From the NCBI GenBank assembly GCA_028534125.1, contig CM052818.1:46688001-46752000 (forward strand): 64,000 nt of DNA, written 5' to 3'. Below the pieces are notes generated by a model that worked only from the letters and a program-made list of their open reading frames with translations, had not been told where the DNA came from and did no database searches. This stretch comes from Lama glama (lineage: Eukaryota). Positions 12,523-24,664 of the stretch are shown in pieces (position 1 is the first letter of the stretch; the number at the start of each line of letters is the position of its first letter). The position numbers and the translations under genes are program-made.

Positions 12523-12773
12523 CAGTTGACCCTTGAACAGGGCAGGAGTTAGGGGTGCTGACAATCCTAGCAGCCTAAAACCCTAGCAGTCTAAAATCGA
12601 TACTGTGACTTGGAGTCAGCCCGCCAGGTAAGTGGGTCCTCCTTGTCTGTGGTTCCACGTCTTCGCATTCAGCCACCTGCAGGTCATGCGGTCCTGTCGT
12701 GTTTACTGTCAAAAAAAATCTATGTGTAAGTGGACCCACACAGTTCAAACCTATGTTGTTCAAGGGTAAACTG
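12523..12773. mobile_element. Tigger2/MER8-like DNA transposon MITE
   Basis: TIRs CAGTTGACCCTTGAACA ... TGTTCAAGGGTAAACTG flanked by TA duplications (12521-12522, 12774-12775). Confidence 0.85.
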
Positions 12774-15700
12774 TATTTATTAAAATAAAATTTCCAGATA
12801 AACAGAGCTAGTTCAGCTTGTAAAGGGAATTATTTAAAACTATTTTCCCCTCAACAACTTAGGGTGGGTTTCTTTAAAAAACAAACCTTTATAGGAAGTC
12901 ACTTTGTGTATTTATTATTCAAGGCTTTGTACTTAATGAGAAATGCATTAAAATGTGATGAACCTTCAAATCTTTATTCACTCAATGTGGAATTTAAGAA
13001 CCCAGTTTGTATTTTAAGCCCTGTCAATTTATTTGCAGAAAGTTATGCCCATGTAAACATGATCAATTTAATCTAAAGAAATGAGGCATAGCAGTTAGAA
13101 TTAATTTGGTGAAATACTGCATCCTGAGTTACCCATAATTTTTAACTTAAAACATGCATTTAAATAAGCAATAGTTTAATTTTCTTTGAGTTAATGTTAG
13201 TGAGATAGAAAGAGAAGCATTTTGGCGTTTTCACTGAGGGGCTGTTGGGTCTTTTTAAGTCACTAACATTTTAGCTGAAGTGTTTGAGTGACTTCATTTA
13301 TCCATGAGTGACAGACACAATGCACCATAATAATTCTGTTTGGGTGTTGGGGAAACTTTAGTCCATGGACGTTGCCACTGTATATGCAAGAATTACTTTT
13401 AGTTTAGGCAGAAAGCCTTTAATACATAGATTCATGGATGCAATGCAATTCTCTGAGCTAAAGTTCCTCAGCAAACTTTTGAAGAAAATCAGATACTGTG
13501 AAAAACTGGATGGTCTTAAAGACAGAAATGTGATGAAATAGTAGTTGTTCCCATGCTCAAGAATGTGGGCAAACACTTGTGATGAGAAGGTGTCTGTAAC
13601 TTCAGGGACCAGTGAAGGCGCATCAGGCAAATTTTAAAATGAGTTTTTGGAGAAGGGGAAATAATGCTGTTCTTAAGATGCAGTTCCTATTGTATTAGTG
13701 CCTTTGGTAAAATAACCATACTACTTGCTGTTCTTTTAATATTAAAAGATAGTTTTGTAATCTGCTTAGTGAATAATAGCTGCTTCCCAAGCTTTCTTTG
13801 CTTTTAAGAAATTAACAATGACGGTAGCGTGTAAAATTTACTTCGTAGTGACAAGCTCAAGTAGACACTTAGCTCAAAGCCATATTAAAAGCAGTGGTGG
13901 ACATGTGGTGAAGGATCTCTATATGGGATCATTGCATGGGCTCTTTGTAGCTGAACCAACACAGAAGTAGCTAATATAAAAATTATTTAGCCCTTCACAG
14001 CTCATGTGGCTTTCCAGTCCTGTGGCAGAAAATTCTGTGTAATTCCTGAGATAACAGGACTGCGGACTGAGTCACAGTCACCTGTGCTCACTCAGCTATC
14101 CCCTGTATGTAATGCTTGGTGGCAAGAGCTGCTTATAGAAAAGTAAAGAGCTGCACAAACCTTTTTGGACAACTTGTTTTGTCATTATGGACACAGAACA
14201 ATGGGTTTAAAAAAAAACAACTCCAAAAAAGACCATAGAGAGTTGGTGGACTCTCTATGGTCTTTTCAGTATAGGTGATCCCGAGGAATCTCTCATAACC
14301 CTTTATCAAGCAGATCCTGATGAAAATAATTGGGTTTCTCACATTAAGGAATGTTGTGATGATCATGACTTGCCAAGGCCAGCCAGGGACCAGTCAGATA
14401 AATTATACGTCCAAGTGTTTCACAAAGGTGAAGATGCAAAATGTAAGCCTCTTTGCTAGCTCTTCCCCCTATAATTTTATAATAGAGAAAGTATCTGCCA
14501 AATCTTGTAGAACTGAAAGAAACATTAACATTGGACCCACGATAATCCCCAGGATATTCAAGCTAGAAAGGGCTAGTGTTTTCAAACTTTCAAAGCAGAG
14601 AAGCCTGTTTGAGAAATGAAGTCTTAATCAGAACTCCAGTTTATAAAACCAATAAAAGTAAAAACTCTGGCTCCCACGTTGGACTTGCCTTCCTTCTGGA
14701 GGATCCTCGGGAGCGCTGGTACCCATGGTCTAGCCCAGTGCCACAGTGCTGATGGACGCGCGAGACTTCCCTGAGGCCCCGGGAGGGGGGCAGCGGGTGC
14801 AGAGCGGGAGCCCAGCACGCTCCTCGGCGCCCTGCTGCCTTCTCCGCGGCGCATGGCTCAGTCGTGCGTCTGGTCTTTCATGTTGAATGGGCCCTGTCTC
14901 TTTGCCTTGGAGAAACCACGTAACCTCGCTGATGCTGAACTTCCTCATCTGGGAAAAGCAGACCTGCTTCCGAGGTCTGATTTAAAGATCACTCAGCCTT
15001 AGCTTTCTTACTTTAAGTACATAATAATAACTGTTATTACTGCCCCAAAGGCCAGAGTCCATGGAGCTTTAAGACTCGGAAACTGAAACTGTTCTGTGTT
15101 AAATGACCTCTTCTCATCAGAGGCGGCTCAGTGTCCAGATACTCCTTTTATCTGTTGATGCTTCTCTAAGGCCCGAGAGGTGTCAGTTTGTTTTCTAGGC
15201 TTTAGAAGGATTTCTAGGTTATGTGAATGCCCCCAATACTTTACAATTTTGAAAGCGTTCCAGGGGAATTTTACTTGACGCCTTTACCTTCCTCCAGTCC
15301 AGGTCCCACTAGGAGGTGGCGGCATCAGCTCCTTCTGTGACTGTGCAGGGAGGGGCCCGCTGAGGAGGGCCTGTCTCGAGCCAGGTCTCCTCGGTGGCGT
15401 TTTGTTACGGTATTTCAAAGAGTTGCTCTTACGAGTATTGTATTCAGTCTATGTTTACTTGAGGTGTGCTGCTCACGGTGGGACCTGTGTTTCATTGCAA
15501 AGCATTTTTTCAGAGGAAGGAGTGATAGAGCATTTCTTTACCCTTTTCTTCTTCCTTGAATGATTTAGCATCAGATGCCTGTGTGCCTTTCACTGGTTCA
15601 CAGAGTTTATTGAGGCGCTATTATGTGGGATGTGGCGGTGAACAGAATGGTGAGCATCCTGCCCTCGGGGAGCCTGTGGATTTGAAGGCTGCCACATGGG

Positions 15701-16420
15701 AATTTGCAGAGCTGCCAAGTCCTTCTTTCTCCACCTTCTCTGCCACAGGGCTTCCTCCGTAGATAGCTTTGTTTAGATCACCTTTCTACCGCTTTGAAAA
15801 GGCAGGAACAGAATTAGCACAAAGTTTAATTGTAAGGAGCTTGGGAATTGCAAAGACAGTGCTGGTATCAGTAAGTATCCTGCTGTCCACTGTACTGTCA
15901 CTTTGACTTTTAGAAATTGATGCAATTACCAAATTAAAGTATTAAAAAGGAAGATCTTGGTTTTCATTAAACTGGCTCCGTTTGCTGGAGTGATCAAGTG
16001 AAAAGTCAAAAAAAAAAAAAAAAGATGAGACTCAACTGTAGATCATTTTTATTTCCACCCAAGGTTTAGAACTTGTAACCTGTTTTCAGACAAATATTTG
16101 TCCACATCCAGCTGTCTGTCACTCAGGAGCAGACCTGGACGAGAAAGTTATAGATGCCGGGGCGGGGGTGGGGGGGTCAAGGGGGGCGGTCAGGGCTGTT
16201 TAGACCGCAGGCGTAGGACCAGGCCTCCTCATCAGCAGTCAGCACCTCTCTCAGGAGGTTCCTTCATGGTTTCTAAAGCACTTTAGGAGTGCATTTTTAT
16301 TATTCTGTTTCAATTTGGAAACGTAGTCACATGTTTTTCTTTATTAATAATACGGTGAAAAATTATATTCACGTCCAGCTTCGAAGTCTTTGTGTCAGGC
16401 TTCAGCTTAAGAAAACTTTT

Positions 16421-16600
16421 AAAAAATTCTGTTTTAATTTTTTCAGGCCTTTTTTGGCAGGGGGTGGTGGATTGGGCTTATTTATTTGTTTGTTCATTTA
16501 TTTATTTGTTTATGTTAATGGAGGTGCTGGGGATTGAACCCAGGACCTCATGCACGCTTCTAAGCTTGTGCTCTACCGCTAAGCTGTATACGCTCTCTCC
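16421..16600 (-). mobile_element. tRNA-Ala-derived SINE (Vic-1-like, camelid)
   Basis: The reverse complement has a tRNA-like head with A/B boxes (GGTAGAG...GGGTTCAATCCCCAGCACCTCCA) and an A-rich tail. 12-bp TSD AAGAAAACTTTT at 16409-16420 and 16601-16612. Confidence 0.88.
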
Positions 16601-17814
16601 AAGAAAACTTTTTTCCTAAACAAGAAACTGCAGCTAAATTGAGATATTGTGGAAGAAATATGATACTGCACTAATGATATCATTGAAATCCCAGAGTACA
16701 CTTAAAAGTTAAAAAATAACGAAATTATACTTTGTACTTGGGGCTTTTGAAAGATTGCCCTTTAAATGTGGTGTTAAACCTCGTGTCAACTTTGACCTGA
16801 TTATTATTCCTCCCGTAGTTTAAAGAGTAGGTTACATTTTCCAACCAGGTAACAATAGCTTTCTTTTATGTTTTGGATATCTTGTAGTAAACTAATTTCA
16901 CTAGCATTCCTTTTTGGTACTTTTTCAAGTCTCCGTAGATATACATAGTAACTTTCTAAAAAAATTACTTATGTTGAGGTTGATATGTAAACTAGAAAAC
17001 AGGGTTCCCATGAAGTTCTCCAGGTAATGAATATTTTAAAAGAAAAATATTGTGAATTAACTTTGACTCAGTATTGTCAGTTATCTCTAGATTATTTTAA
17101 CTATTTTAAGAATATTTACCAACCGACCTAATTGGTATAGAAGAATAATTAATAGCAGTGTGTCTGCTTTGAATTAGAGTTTAAAGACCTACATCCGTAA
17201 AACAGTTAACTCATAGTGTGCACATATTTCCCACTGTTACATTCATGATTTCTTGAAAGACAAAGCTCTTACGGCCTTTCTTCTCAGATGATATTTTAGC
17301 GCATCTGTTATGTGGTCCATGCTCAGTGACACAAAACCCAAATTTGAAAAGTGTATTTCTGAACATTAGTGTGGCTAGATAATATTTTATTTTACGAAGG
17401 GATCGTGTGAAGTTCGAGTAGTAAGTTGGTCTGCAATTAATAGTTGCAGTTTTTTAGCATAATATTTAAAAATTTTAATCTTGTATGTAGTATGAATATT
17501 GACTTTCCGTAGCAAATTTGATTTATGTAGTTTTCTTGTTGAATGTATGGCCCATGATTTATTCTTTTGATAGAATATAAAGTTGCAAGAGTACAATTTT
17601 AAAATTGCCAAACACGTGTTAATGAAATTAAACTACTGTGTGTGTGTGTGTCAGAGTGTGAGCTTGTGAGTGCTCCTTGCTTTGTGTTGCTGTGGAGGTG
17701 GTGTGTTCAGAGTTACAGGAAAATAAGAGGAATAACAGAAGTGCTTATTATATACGTGTATTTGATGTGTACTTTAAGCTCGTGTCCTTCATTCTGTTTT
17801 ATTCCTTCCTTAAG

Positions 17815-17847
17815 CCGTGTGACTCTGGGTTTAACAAACAGAGACAG
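17815..17847 (+). CDS. KIDINS220: KIDINS220 33-nt microexon, phase 0-0 (PCDSGFNKQRQ)
   Basis: TTCATTCTGTTTTATTCCTTCCTTAAG acceptor and CAG|GTACAG donor. In frame with no stop; the peptide matches a segment I recall from rodent Kidins220 isoforms. Confidence 0.8.
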
Positions 17848-19024
17848 GTACAGAAACTTTCAGTGAAATCTTACTCGCTTTTCTTATTTTAGACTATTAG
17901 AAGCAATCATTGGCAGCGTCATGCTGGGCTGTTCATAATCTGTGCTCATTTCAGTGCCTCGGGTTTATTTTAATAGCTGCTTTCAGCCTTTGCATGGCTC
18001 TCATTTCTGGCTAATCAGTTCTAAGCTTATTTAATAAATTTACCAAAGATGATGTTTCAGAGTGTAGTTTTAATCTACTTACAATATAAAATCATATAGT
18101 TACATCAAAGTAATTTAAATCTGTTTTGGTAGCTTTACTTTTACCTGGAGGAATTCTGATTTGTGTGTATTTTGAAGTTTATATTTAACAGTTTAAACAA
18201 ACTAACATGTGCATTCAGTTTTCTGTGTCAGAAAAAAAAATTTTTTAAAATTGTGATGTATCCTGAAATGATCTGTTCTTGACTTGTAAAAGGTGAATTT
18301 CAAGTATGAATGCATGGCAAACTTTAAAGTATTAGCATTCTGTATGTTGTCTAAGTAATGCAATTAGATTTCTATTAAGAATTTACATACTGAATTACTG
18401 AATATGCTTTTTCCTTATCACTTTTGTACTCTTTCTCCTCCTTTTTATGAGATGTCCATCCAAAGATTATGATTTTGATTACTAAGCTTCATTTGGTTTC
18501 AGAATAATTTTATTGTATGTGATTATTTTAGAAAAGACCTAGCAGGTAATTACCATTTCCCTTTTTCAAAGAGGCATATTGTAATGTATTTTAATTTATT
18601 GATAATTTACCACTGATCTTGATAGAGCCTAACTCCAAATAATCGAGTCAGACTATAGTTTTGATGGAATTACAGGGATCTTTGGTCCATATGTGCGTCT
18701 GTCTTATAAAGCTTCTAAAAGTCATTCAGAGATAATCTATGTTTTCTACATAATCCCCAATGAGGGACAGAATATTTTTTTAATGATAAATTGTGAAAGT
18801 TTTAAAGGATCGTGAAAGTAAAATAATGTGGAGTTTTTTCTTTAAAGGGAAAGAGTAGTAACTTTATTAATACGTCTCTGTTGTGAGTTCCCAGGTTGCC
18901 TTTAAGATACTCTAACATTTTACACCTGCCTCCCCCCACCGCAGACAGTTAATCTGTTCCGTGTCCGTTTTACTTGTCCTTTTTAGCACAATCAGAAATA
19001 GAATTTTTCTGTAAAAAAAAAAAA

Positions 19025-19295
19025 CCCTGTTTTTTAACGTTAAAATAATTTTAGACTTAAAAGGCACAAAAATAGTATTCCCTTAATGTTTAACATTTTC
19101 CTAATTGTAGTGTATTTCTCAAGAGCAGAAATTATGACTGGCATAATACTTTATTTGAATCTGACCAGTTTTTCCACTAATGTCAATTTTAGGTCCAGGA
19201 TCCAATCCAGTTGTGTTTAGTTATTTCTCCTTAGAGTTCCCTAATCTGTGACAATTCTTCAGTCTTTCCTTGTCTCTTATGACTGAATACTTCTG
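19025..19295 (-). mobile_element. Old L1M 3' fragment
   Basis: AAAATAATTTTAGACTT...CCAGTTTTTCCACTAATGTC...CCAGGATCCAATCCAG motif typical of L1MC-class 3' ends. Confidence 0.6.
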
Positions 19296-20074
19296 AAGAA
19301 GGAAGGAAACAAGGGAGGGAGGGAGGGGAAAATAATACAAATATGGATATTAAAAATTCATAGAAAGCATTTTAAATTTCCATAGTAGACGGTGGTAATT
19401 AATGCTTTGAATATTGCCTGTACTCGCCCAGGCAGGAAACAGAACTATGTATAGAAGCACAAAAACTAAATTATGGAAATACTGGTGTTTGGCTGTTAGT
19501 ATTTTTAAAGTAATTGAACTTCAGACCATGTAAAATATGGCATATTTTAAATTTACACTTAATTAAAAAAAACTGTAAGTAAATGTGTTTGGTGCAGTAT
19601 GTTCCAAGTCATTAATTTACAGATTGTTTTGAGACTGTCTTATACTTGGAAACTTACTGAGACTCCCTCATAAAATTCCTACCCCAACTATCTGTTCAAT
19701 ATGGTCCCCCCCAGCTGTATTTATGTTTCTATATAGTATAGACGTATTCTGTGTGTATATTGTGTGTGTATATTTACTTGTCAGCTCACAATAGAGTATT
19801 AGGTTATACTTTTGTGTTACAGATGATGTATAACAAAGAGCTAACAGGCAGTTTTGGCTATTACAGTCTGCTTTTGTCCTGATAATTATAAAAGAGGCAG
19901 TAGAAAATATAAATTTATACATCCTTGAGGACAAGATAAATTGTCTTTATCATTTTAAGACTAGATTGAATGGTAAATGAGACAGATCATTTGGCACATT
20001 CTCCTCTATCCGGGTTGGTTTGTCTTCTCTTTAGTGAGGTTACAGTTTCTGTAGCTCTTTAGAAATAGGCAGTT

Positions 20075-20215
20075 GGAGCAAAGACCCTAGGAAGTTGTGA
20101 GACCTGACGAGTTAGGGCTCAGATCCAAATCTGTCACTAACTAGCTATTTATTTTGTGACTTTGAAGTCAAAACTTAAGCTCTCTGGCCCTCAGTGTCCA
20201 CATCTGTAGTTGAGG
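20075..20215 (+). mobile_element. MIR remnant
   Basis: TCTGTCACTAACTAGCT...GTGACTTTG...CTTAAGCTCTCTGGCCCTCAGTGTCCACATCTGTA MIR core-like sequence. Confidence 0.6.
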
Positions 20216-20932
20216 AGATTCAGATATAATTGGCCACAAGGCAGATACTTCTTTAGTGTGTCAGCACATTGAGAAAATGTTTTCTTCTAAGTAAATTTAG
20301 ATTTATTGTTTTGACTTTTCTTTTAAATCTTAGTGGATTGTACGAACTTCCACTTGTGTTAAGAAGTAATACTGCGGTTTTGTATTTACAAGATATTGTA
20401 CAGAAATTCTTAGGGGGAAGATACAGAATATGTTCAAGATTGGAAAGCTTCAGCTGTCGTAGACTGTTAAGGTAGTCTGGAAAGAAATTTGAAGCTGTTT
20501 AGTATAGACACTTTTAAAATTATTTCATAGATTTACCTTTTGTGTTTTTGTAATGTAGGCATCAGTAATCCCCCCGTTCCTTTTTTTAACCCCCGTCCTT
20601 CTGTCACAAGGGCTGCGCCCTTCTCTCTTGAGGTTAGGCTCTCTTGAAGTTGATCTAGGCTTGGTTCGTGGAATGTTCTGTCTTCTTAGAAACGCAGAGT
20701 TGACCAGGCTGTATCTGCTGTAGATACTCCTTAAGGTATAATAGTAGCAGAATCTGTTCCCTGATGACATTTCCTCATACCACGCACATTCGCTGTTTGT
20801 ACTTTTGTTTGAAAAATGCACTGTTAATCACAGTACTTCGCAGGGTCACTTCATGAATGTTTCTCTGTCACATGACTGCATATATCTGGTATTGATGCTG
20901 TTCATGCTTGTATTTTTCCATGACTGATCTAG

Positions 20933-21064
20933 GGGTCAGGCCCAGCCTCAGGAACAGTTTCATCACTGAATTCAATGAATGTGGATGCAGTTTGTGAGAA
21001 ACTGAAACAAATAGAGGGGCTGGACCAGAGCATGCTGCCTCAGTACTGTGCGACCATCAAAAAG
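20933..21064 (+). CDS. KIDINS220: KIDINS220 coding exon, start of SAM domain (GSGPASGTVSSLNSMNVDAVCEKLKQIEGLDQSMLPQYCATIKK)
   Basis: TAG acceptor 20930-20932, AAG|GTGACC donor, 132 nt in frame. Matches recalled KIDINS220. Confidence 0.95.
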
Positions 21065-22858
21065 GTGACCAGCGTGTGTACGTGCTGACTCGAGGCAGGG
21101 CTGAGGGTGCAGGAGACGGGCCTGTGACGGTGCACGCTTTGCACCTAGCTTCTTGAAGATGAGTTCTCTGTTGAAATGGGAAGGCTCCAAACGGAAATAG
21201 GTTTCTTACCATTTGTACCCTACAGTTGCCCTTTTACCCTTTAGTTTATAAATGGATAAAAGAAAATAAAGTGATTGTATTACAATGTTACTTTCAAATG
21301 ACCTCATATAAGTAAAACATGCTTTGATGAGGACTTCACATTTACATGAACAGTAGCTCATATTCCCAGTATGCAGCATAGAACATTTGAAGGCCATTTA
21401 TTTTATGTTACATTTTCTTTAATTACAGGATTTGTGACTCAGTAGTTATCCAGGTAAACCACACTTGGCTTTATTTTCCTCAGATTCTCCCTTTCATGTC
21501 TTATAAGACTTCTGATCGTGTCCCTTCTGATGGTCCCTCCGAGTTTGGGTTTGCACGGCTAACACATCTGGGGAGTTTTATTTCTGCCTAGATCTGATTC
21601 TTGCAATTCCAGTAGCCACCACAAACCTGGGATTTCGAGGAAGCCTTTCCATGTACAGGGCTAACTGAGTCCCAGTTTTAATAGATAGAATTAAAATTTC
21701 CACTAAGTCAGTTACACTTTTCCTGTCAGAGATACAGTGAAATAGAACGTTAAGAACAAGCCCCCAGTGTGTACATACTTGAAAGAATGGCATCTAAAAA
21801 GTTTTTGAAAGAATTATGAGCATATGTGCCATTTTACTAATCTTAACCTCTAGTCAGAAAGGTTAATGGCAGTTTTCTCTCAGACCTAGTTAGTCAGTCC
21901 CTGTTTGCAAAAGTTGTCAGGCTCCACCTTCCCAAGGCACACACCTAGCCTTCCCCTCCAGGCAGCCTGACTAGCGTCAGTTGGGATGAGGTCTGCCACG
22001 CGAATCCTCTGTGGGGACTTTGTCTCCGTCAGGCAGTGGTTTTCTCCCCACTGAGCTCTTCACTCCCAGGCCCCGGCTGTGTGAAGCCCAGTAGCAACTG
22101 GTCTCTCGGGTGCCGCGAACTTCCTGCCCTTCCACAGCAGGACCTCTGCCACTGACTTGCTCTGCACACTTTTTTCCTTCAGAAGTAACTTAAACCCAGG
22201 TATTCCGTAATTTTACCACAGTTCATAAGGTCAGGTTGTGTATTTTCTATAATAAGGAAGCTACCTGTCATTAATAAAGAAAATTGCATCATTTCTTACT
22301 TGGAAGAGACTAGAATTACAGAGGCCCCATAGTGATAAGATCATTTCTTGTGAGTTTAAGAGACCGGGAAATGTGTGGGTGGACATTCTTTATGCCTGAA
22401 GTTATCTAATGTGTCTGATCCACAAGTTGTTCAGCGCTTACTTCATTTAGAACTTTGTCAGAGACCGACACCCCGACAGACATCTCTGTCCCCTCCCAGC
22501 AGCTTGCCTTCATGTGTGCATTTTACGAGACTGGAGAAGAGCTAACGAGTTTGTTACTGCTCATGGCAGAGTAGGTAGTTTTGGAAATAGTTGGGAGCAT
22601 TAACTCTTGGGCTGGTCCCTGAAGAATGATTTATTTTCCTCAAGGGCCCATGACACTTGGAGAAGTACAGAGTGGCTTCTGTTTTCAGATTCTGCTTGTT
22701 TATTCATTAGTACGTGGGGTGATAACCTTCTTTAGGTCAGTATTTTCTAGTCTTTAGTGACTTTCTTAATACTACATATAAATACACATTTTAACCACTA
22801 GTAATTCAGAGTTTCTCACATTTTGTTTGTCTTTGTACCTGGATTTGTTTTTCTTCAG

Positions 22859-22957
22859 GCGAACATCAATGGCCGTGTGTTGGCTCAGTGTAACATTGAT
22901 GAATTGAAGAAGGAAATGAATATGAATTTTGGAGACTGGCATCTTTTTAGAAGCACA
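22859..22957 (+). CDS. KIDINS220: KIDINS220 coding exon, SAM domain ([33 protein letters not shown])
   Basis: Strong TTTGTTTTTCTTCAG acceptor, ACA|GTAAGA donor, 99 nt in frame. Confidence 0.96.
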
Positions 22958-23199
22958 GTAAGATATTTCATATTTGTAGAATTATTTACAACATGATATA
23001 AAACAAGTGCCAGTAAGTACTGGTCTAAACAGGTATTTTCCCATATTTAAAAAAAACTTACATTTTACATGTATGTGTACAACTCTCGTGTATTCTGTTA
23101 CGCAGAATGAACACAGCAGTACTTATCAACATTTGCCTTTTGGGCATTTCACTTGGAAATTTGGGAACGAGGCCACCTGCCAGTCCTCTGTGCTGTCAT

Positions 23200-23622
23200 T
23201 GACAAAGACTCTCCTCAACCTCACTCAGCCGGGCTCCTCTGAGCCCCTAGGCCTCGCACTTGGTGTCTGTCCTGGTGGGGCCTGTATTGCCCAGTTGTGG
23301 GAAGAATCCTGTTAAGTCAGTTTAGAAGGAACCTCACCCTCAATGTCTGATCAGACCCCTCGCTCCCCCTCCCCCAGCCCCCAGCGACGTCTTACCTCCT
23401 GGCCTGCCTCCAGCCAGAATCCCCCCAACCCCTGCTGTTTCCTCCTAGCAACTTCCCATCCCCTGACGCCCGCCTTGGCTGTAAATGACCATGTGCTCGT
23501 GCTGCTTTTGGAATTGAGCCCAGTTCTGTCCTGAGGTCTGTTTTCCCCCGTTGCAACAGATCCAGATTAAAATCCACTTTTACTGCTTTAGCTACTGTCC
23601 AGTTCTGCTTTTCTTTGATACA
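23200..23622 (+). mobile_element. ERV1 solo LTR (MER31-like)
   Basis: Begins TGACAAAGACTCTCC...GGCTCCTCTGAGCCC, has internal ATTAAA, ends TTTCTTTGATACA. Family assigned from recall. Confidence 0.7.
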
Positions 23623-23724
23623 TTCCAGTTGCATTTTGTTTTGTTCTTAAGTTAAATTTTAGACTAAAGTAGTAATAACATAATAGTCAATTTAGCATAT
23701 AATATATATATATGATGATTGTTC

Positions 23725-24041
23725 CAGTCATCCTTCAGGATCTGCAGGGGGTTCGTTCCAGGACCCCTGTGGGTACCAGAATCTTCGGATTCTCAAGTTC
23801 CTTACTTAAAATGGCATAGTATTTGTATGTAAGCTACACACATCCTCTCGTATAGGTTAAATCCTCTCTAGATTACTTATAATACTTAATACAGTGTAAG
23901 TGCTGTGTTAATAGTTGCCAGTGTGTGGCAAATTCAAGTGTTGCTTTTTGGAACGTTCTGGAATTCTTTTCCCAAAGATTTTCACTCTGTGATTGGTTGA
24001 ATCTGCAGGTGCAGAACCACTGGGTACCGGGGGTCTGACTG
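23725..24041. mobile_element. MER2-like (Tigger) DNA transposon
   Basis: CAGTCATCC...GGGGGTTCGTTCCAGGACCCC...AAAATGGCATAGTATTTG...GACTG termini. Confidence 0.8.
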
Positions 24042-24051
24042 TACTTAAGTA

Positions 24052-24239
24052 CAGATGATCCTTGAACAGCTCAGAGCTCAGTCCGCTGATGACTTACCCC
24101 TCCGCAGCCGCGGTTCCTCCGCGTTTGCGGCTTCATGCAGCCCCAGACCGGGTAGTAAGTGCTGCGGTCTTTGCGAGAGAAGTACCTGCGCGTGGGTGCA
24201 CCTGCACGGCCCAGACCTGCGCTGTTCAAGGGTCAGCTG
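24052..24239. mobile_element. Tigger2/MER8-like MITE
   Basis: TIRs CAGATGATCCTTGAACA ... TGTTCAAGGGTCAGCTG, the same family as 12523-12773. Confidence 0.75.
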
Positions 24240-24430
24240 TGTTAATTCAGATAAAAGACAAGCAGACATAGTACAGGTTTATTCAGAACTCACAGGAAGC
24301 AAGCGTTCTCATTTCCATTATAATAATAACCTTATGTTTTATTTTAAAAATAATTTCTAAAGCTTCTAAAATGCGATTTGCTAGCATAGATATTTATGAC
24401 TTGTGACTTCTTTTTTTTTTTTCTGTGAAG

Positions 24431-24664
24431 GTCCTGGAAATGAGAAATGCAGAAAGCCAGGCGGCCCCTGAAGACCCGCGCTTGCTGGGCGAGAACGGCG
24501 GGGGCCCGGCCCCGCACGGCGAGCCCGCCCGCCGCCCCTCGCACGAGCTGCCCCACACCGAGCTCTCCAGCCAGCCGCCCTACACGCTGAACTTCAGCTT
24601 TGAAGAGCTGAACACGCTCGGCCTGGATGAGGGCGCCGCCCGCCACAGCAACCTGAGCTGGCAG
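24431..24664 (+). CDS. KIDINS220: KIDINS220 penultimate coding exon (VLEMRNAES...RHSNLSWQ)
   Basis: Poly-T tract + AAG acceptor 24428-24430, CAG|GTACTT donor, 234 nt. Lies within ORF 24425..24697. Confidence 0.95.

Noticed and set aside
15306..15323. CTCF-like sequences (also about 4381-4396, 8686-8703, 56284-56298)
   Set aside because: Each has several mismatches in the 5' half of the core; too weak to call.
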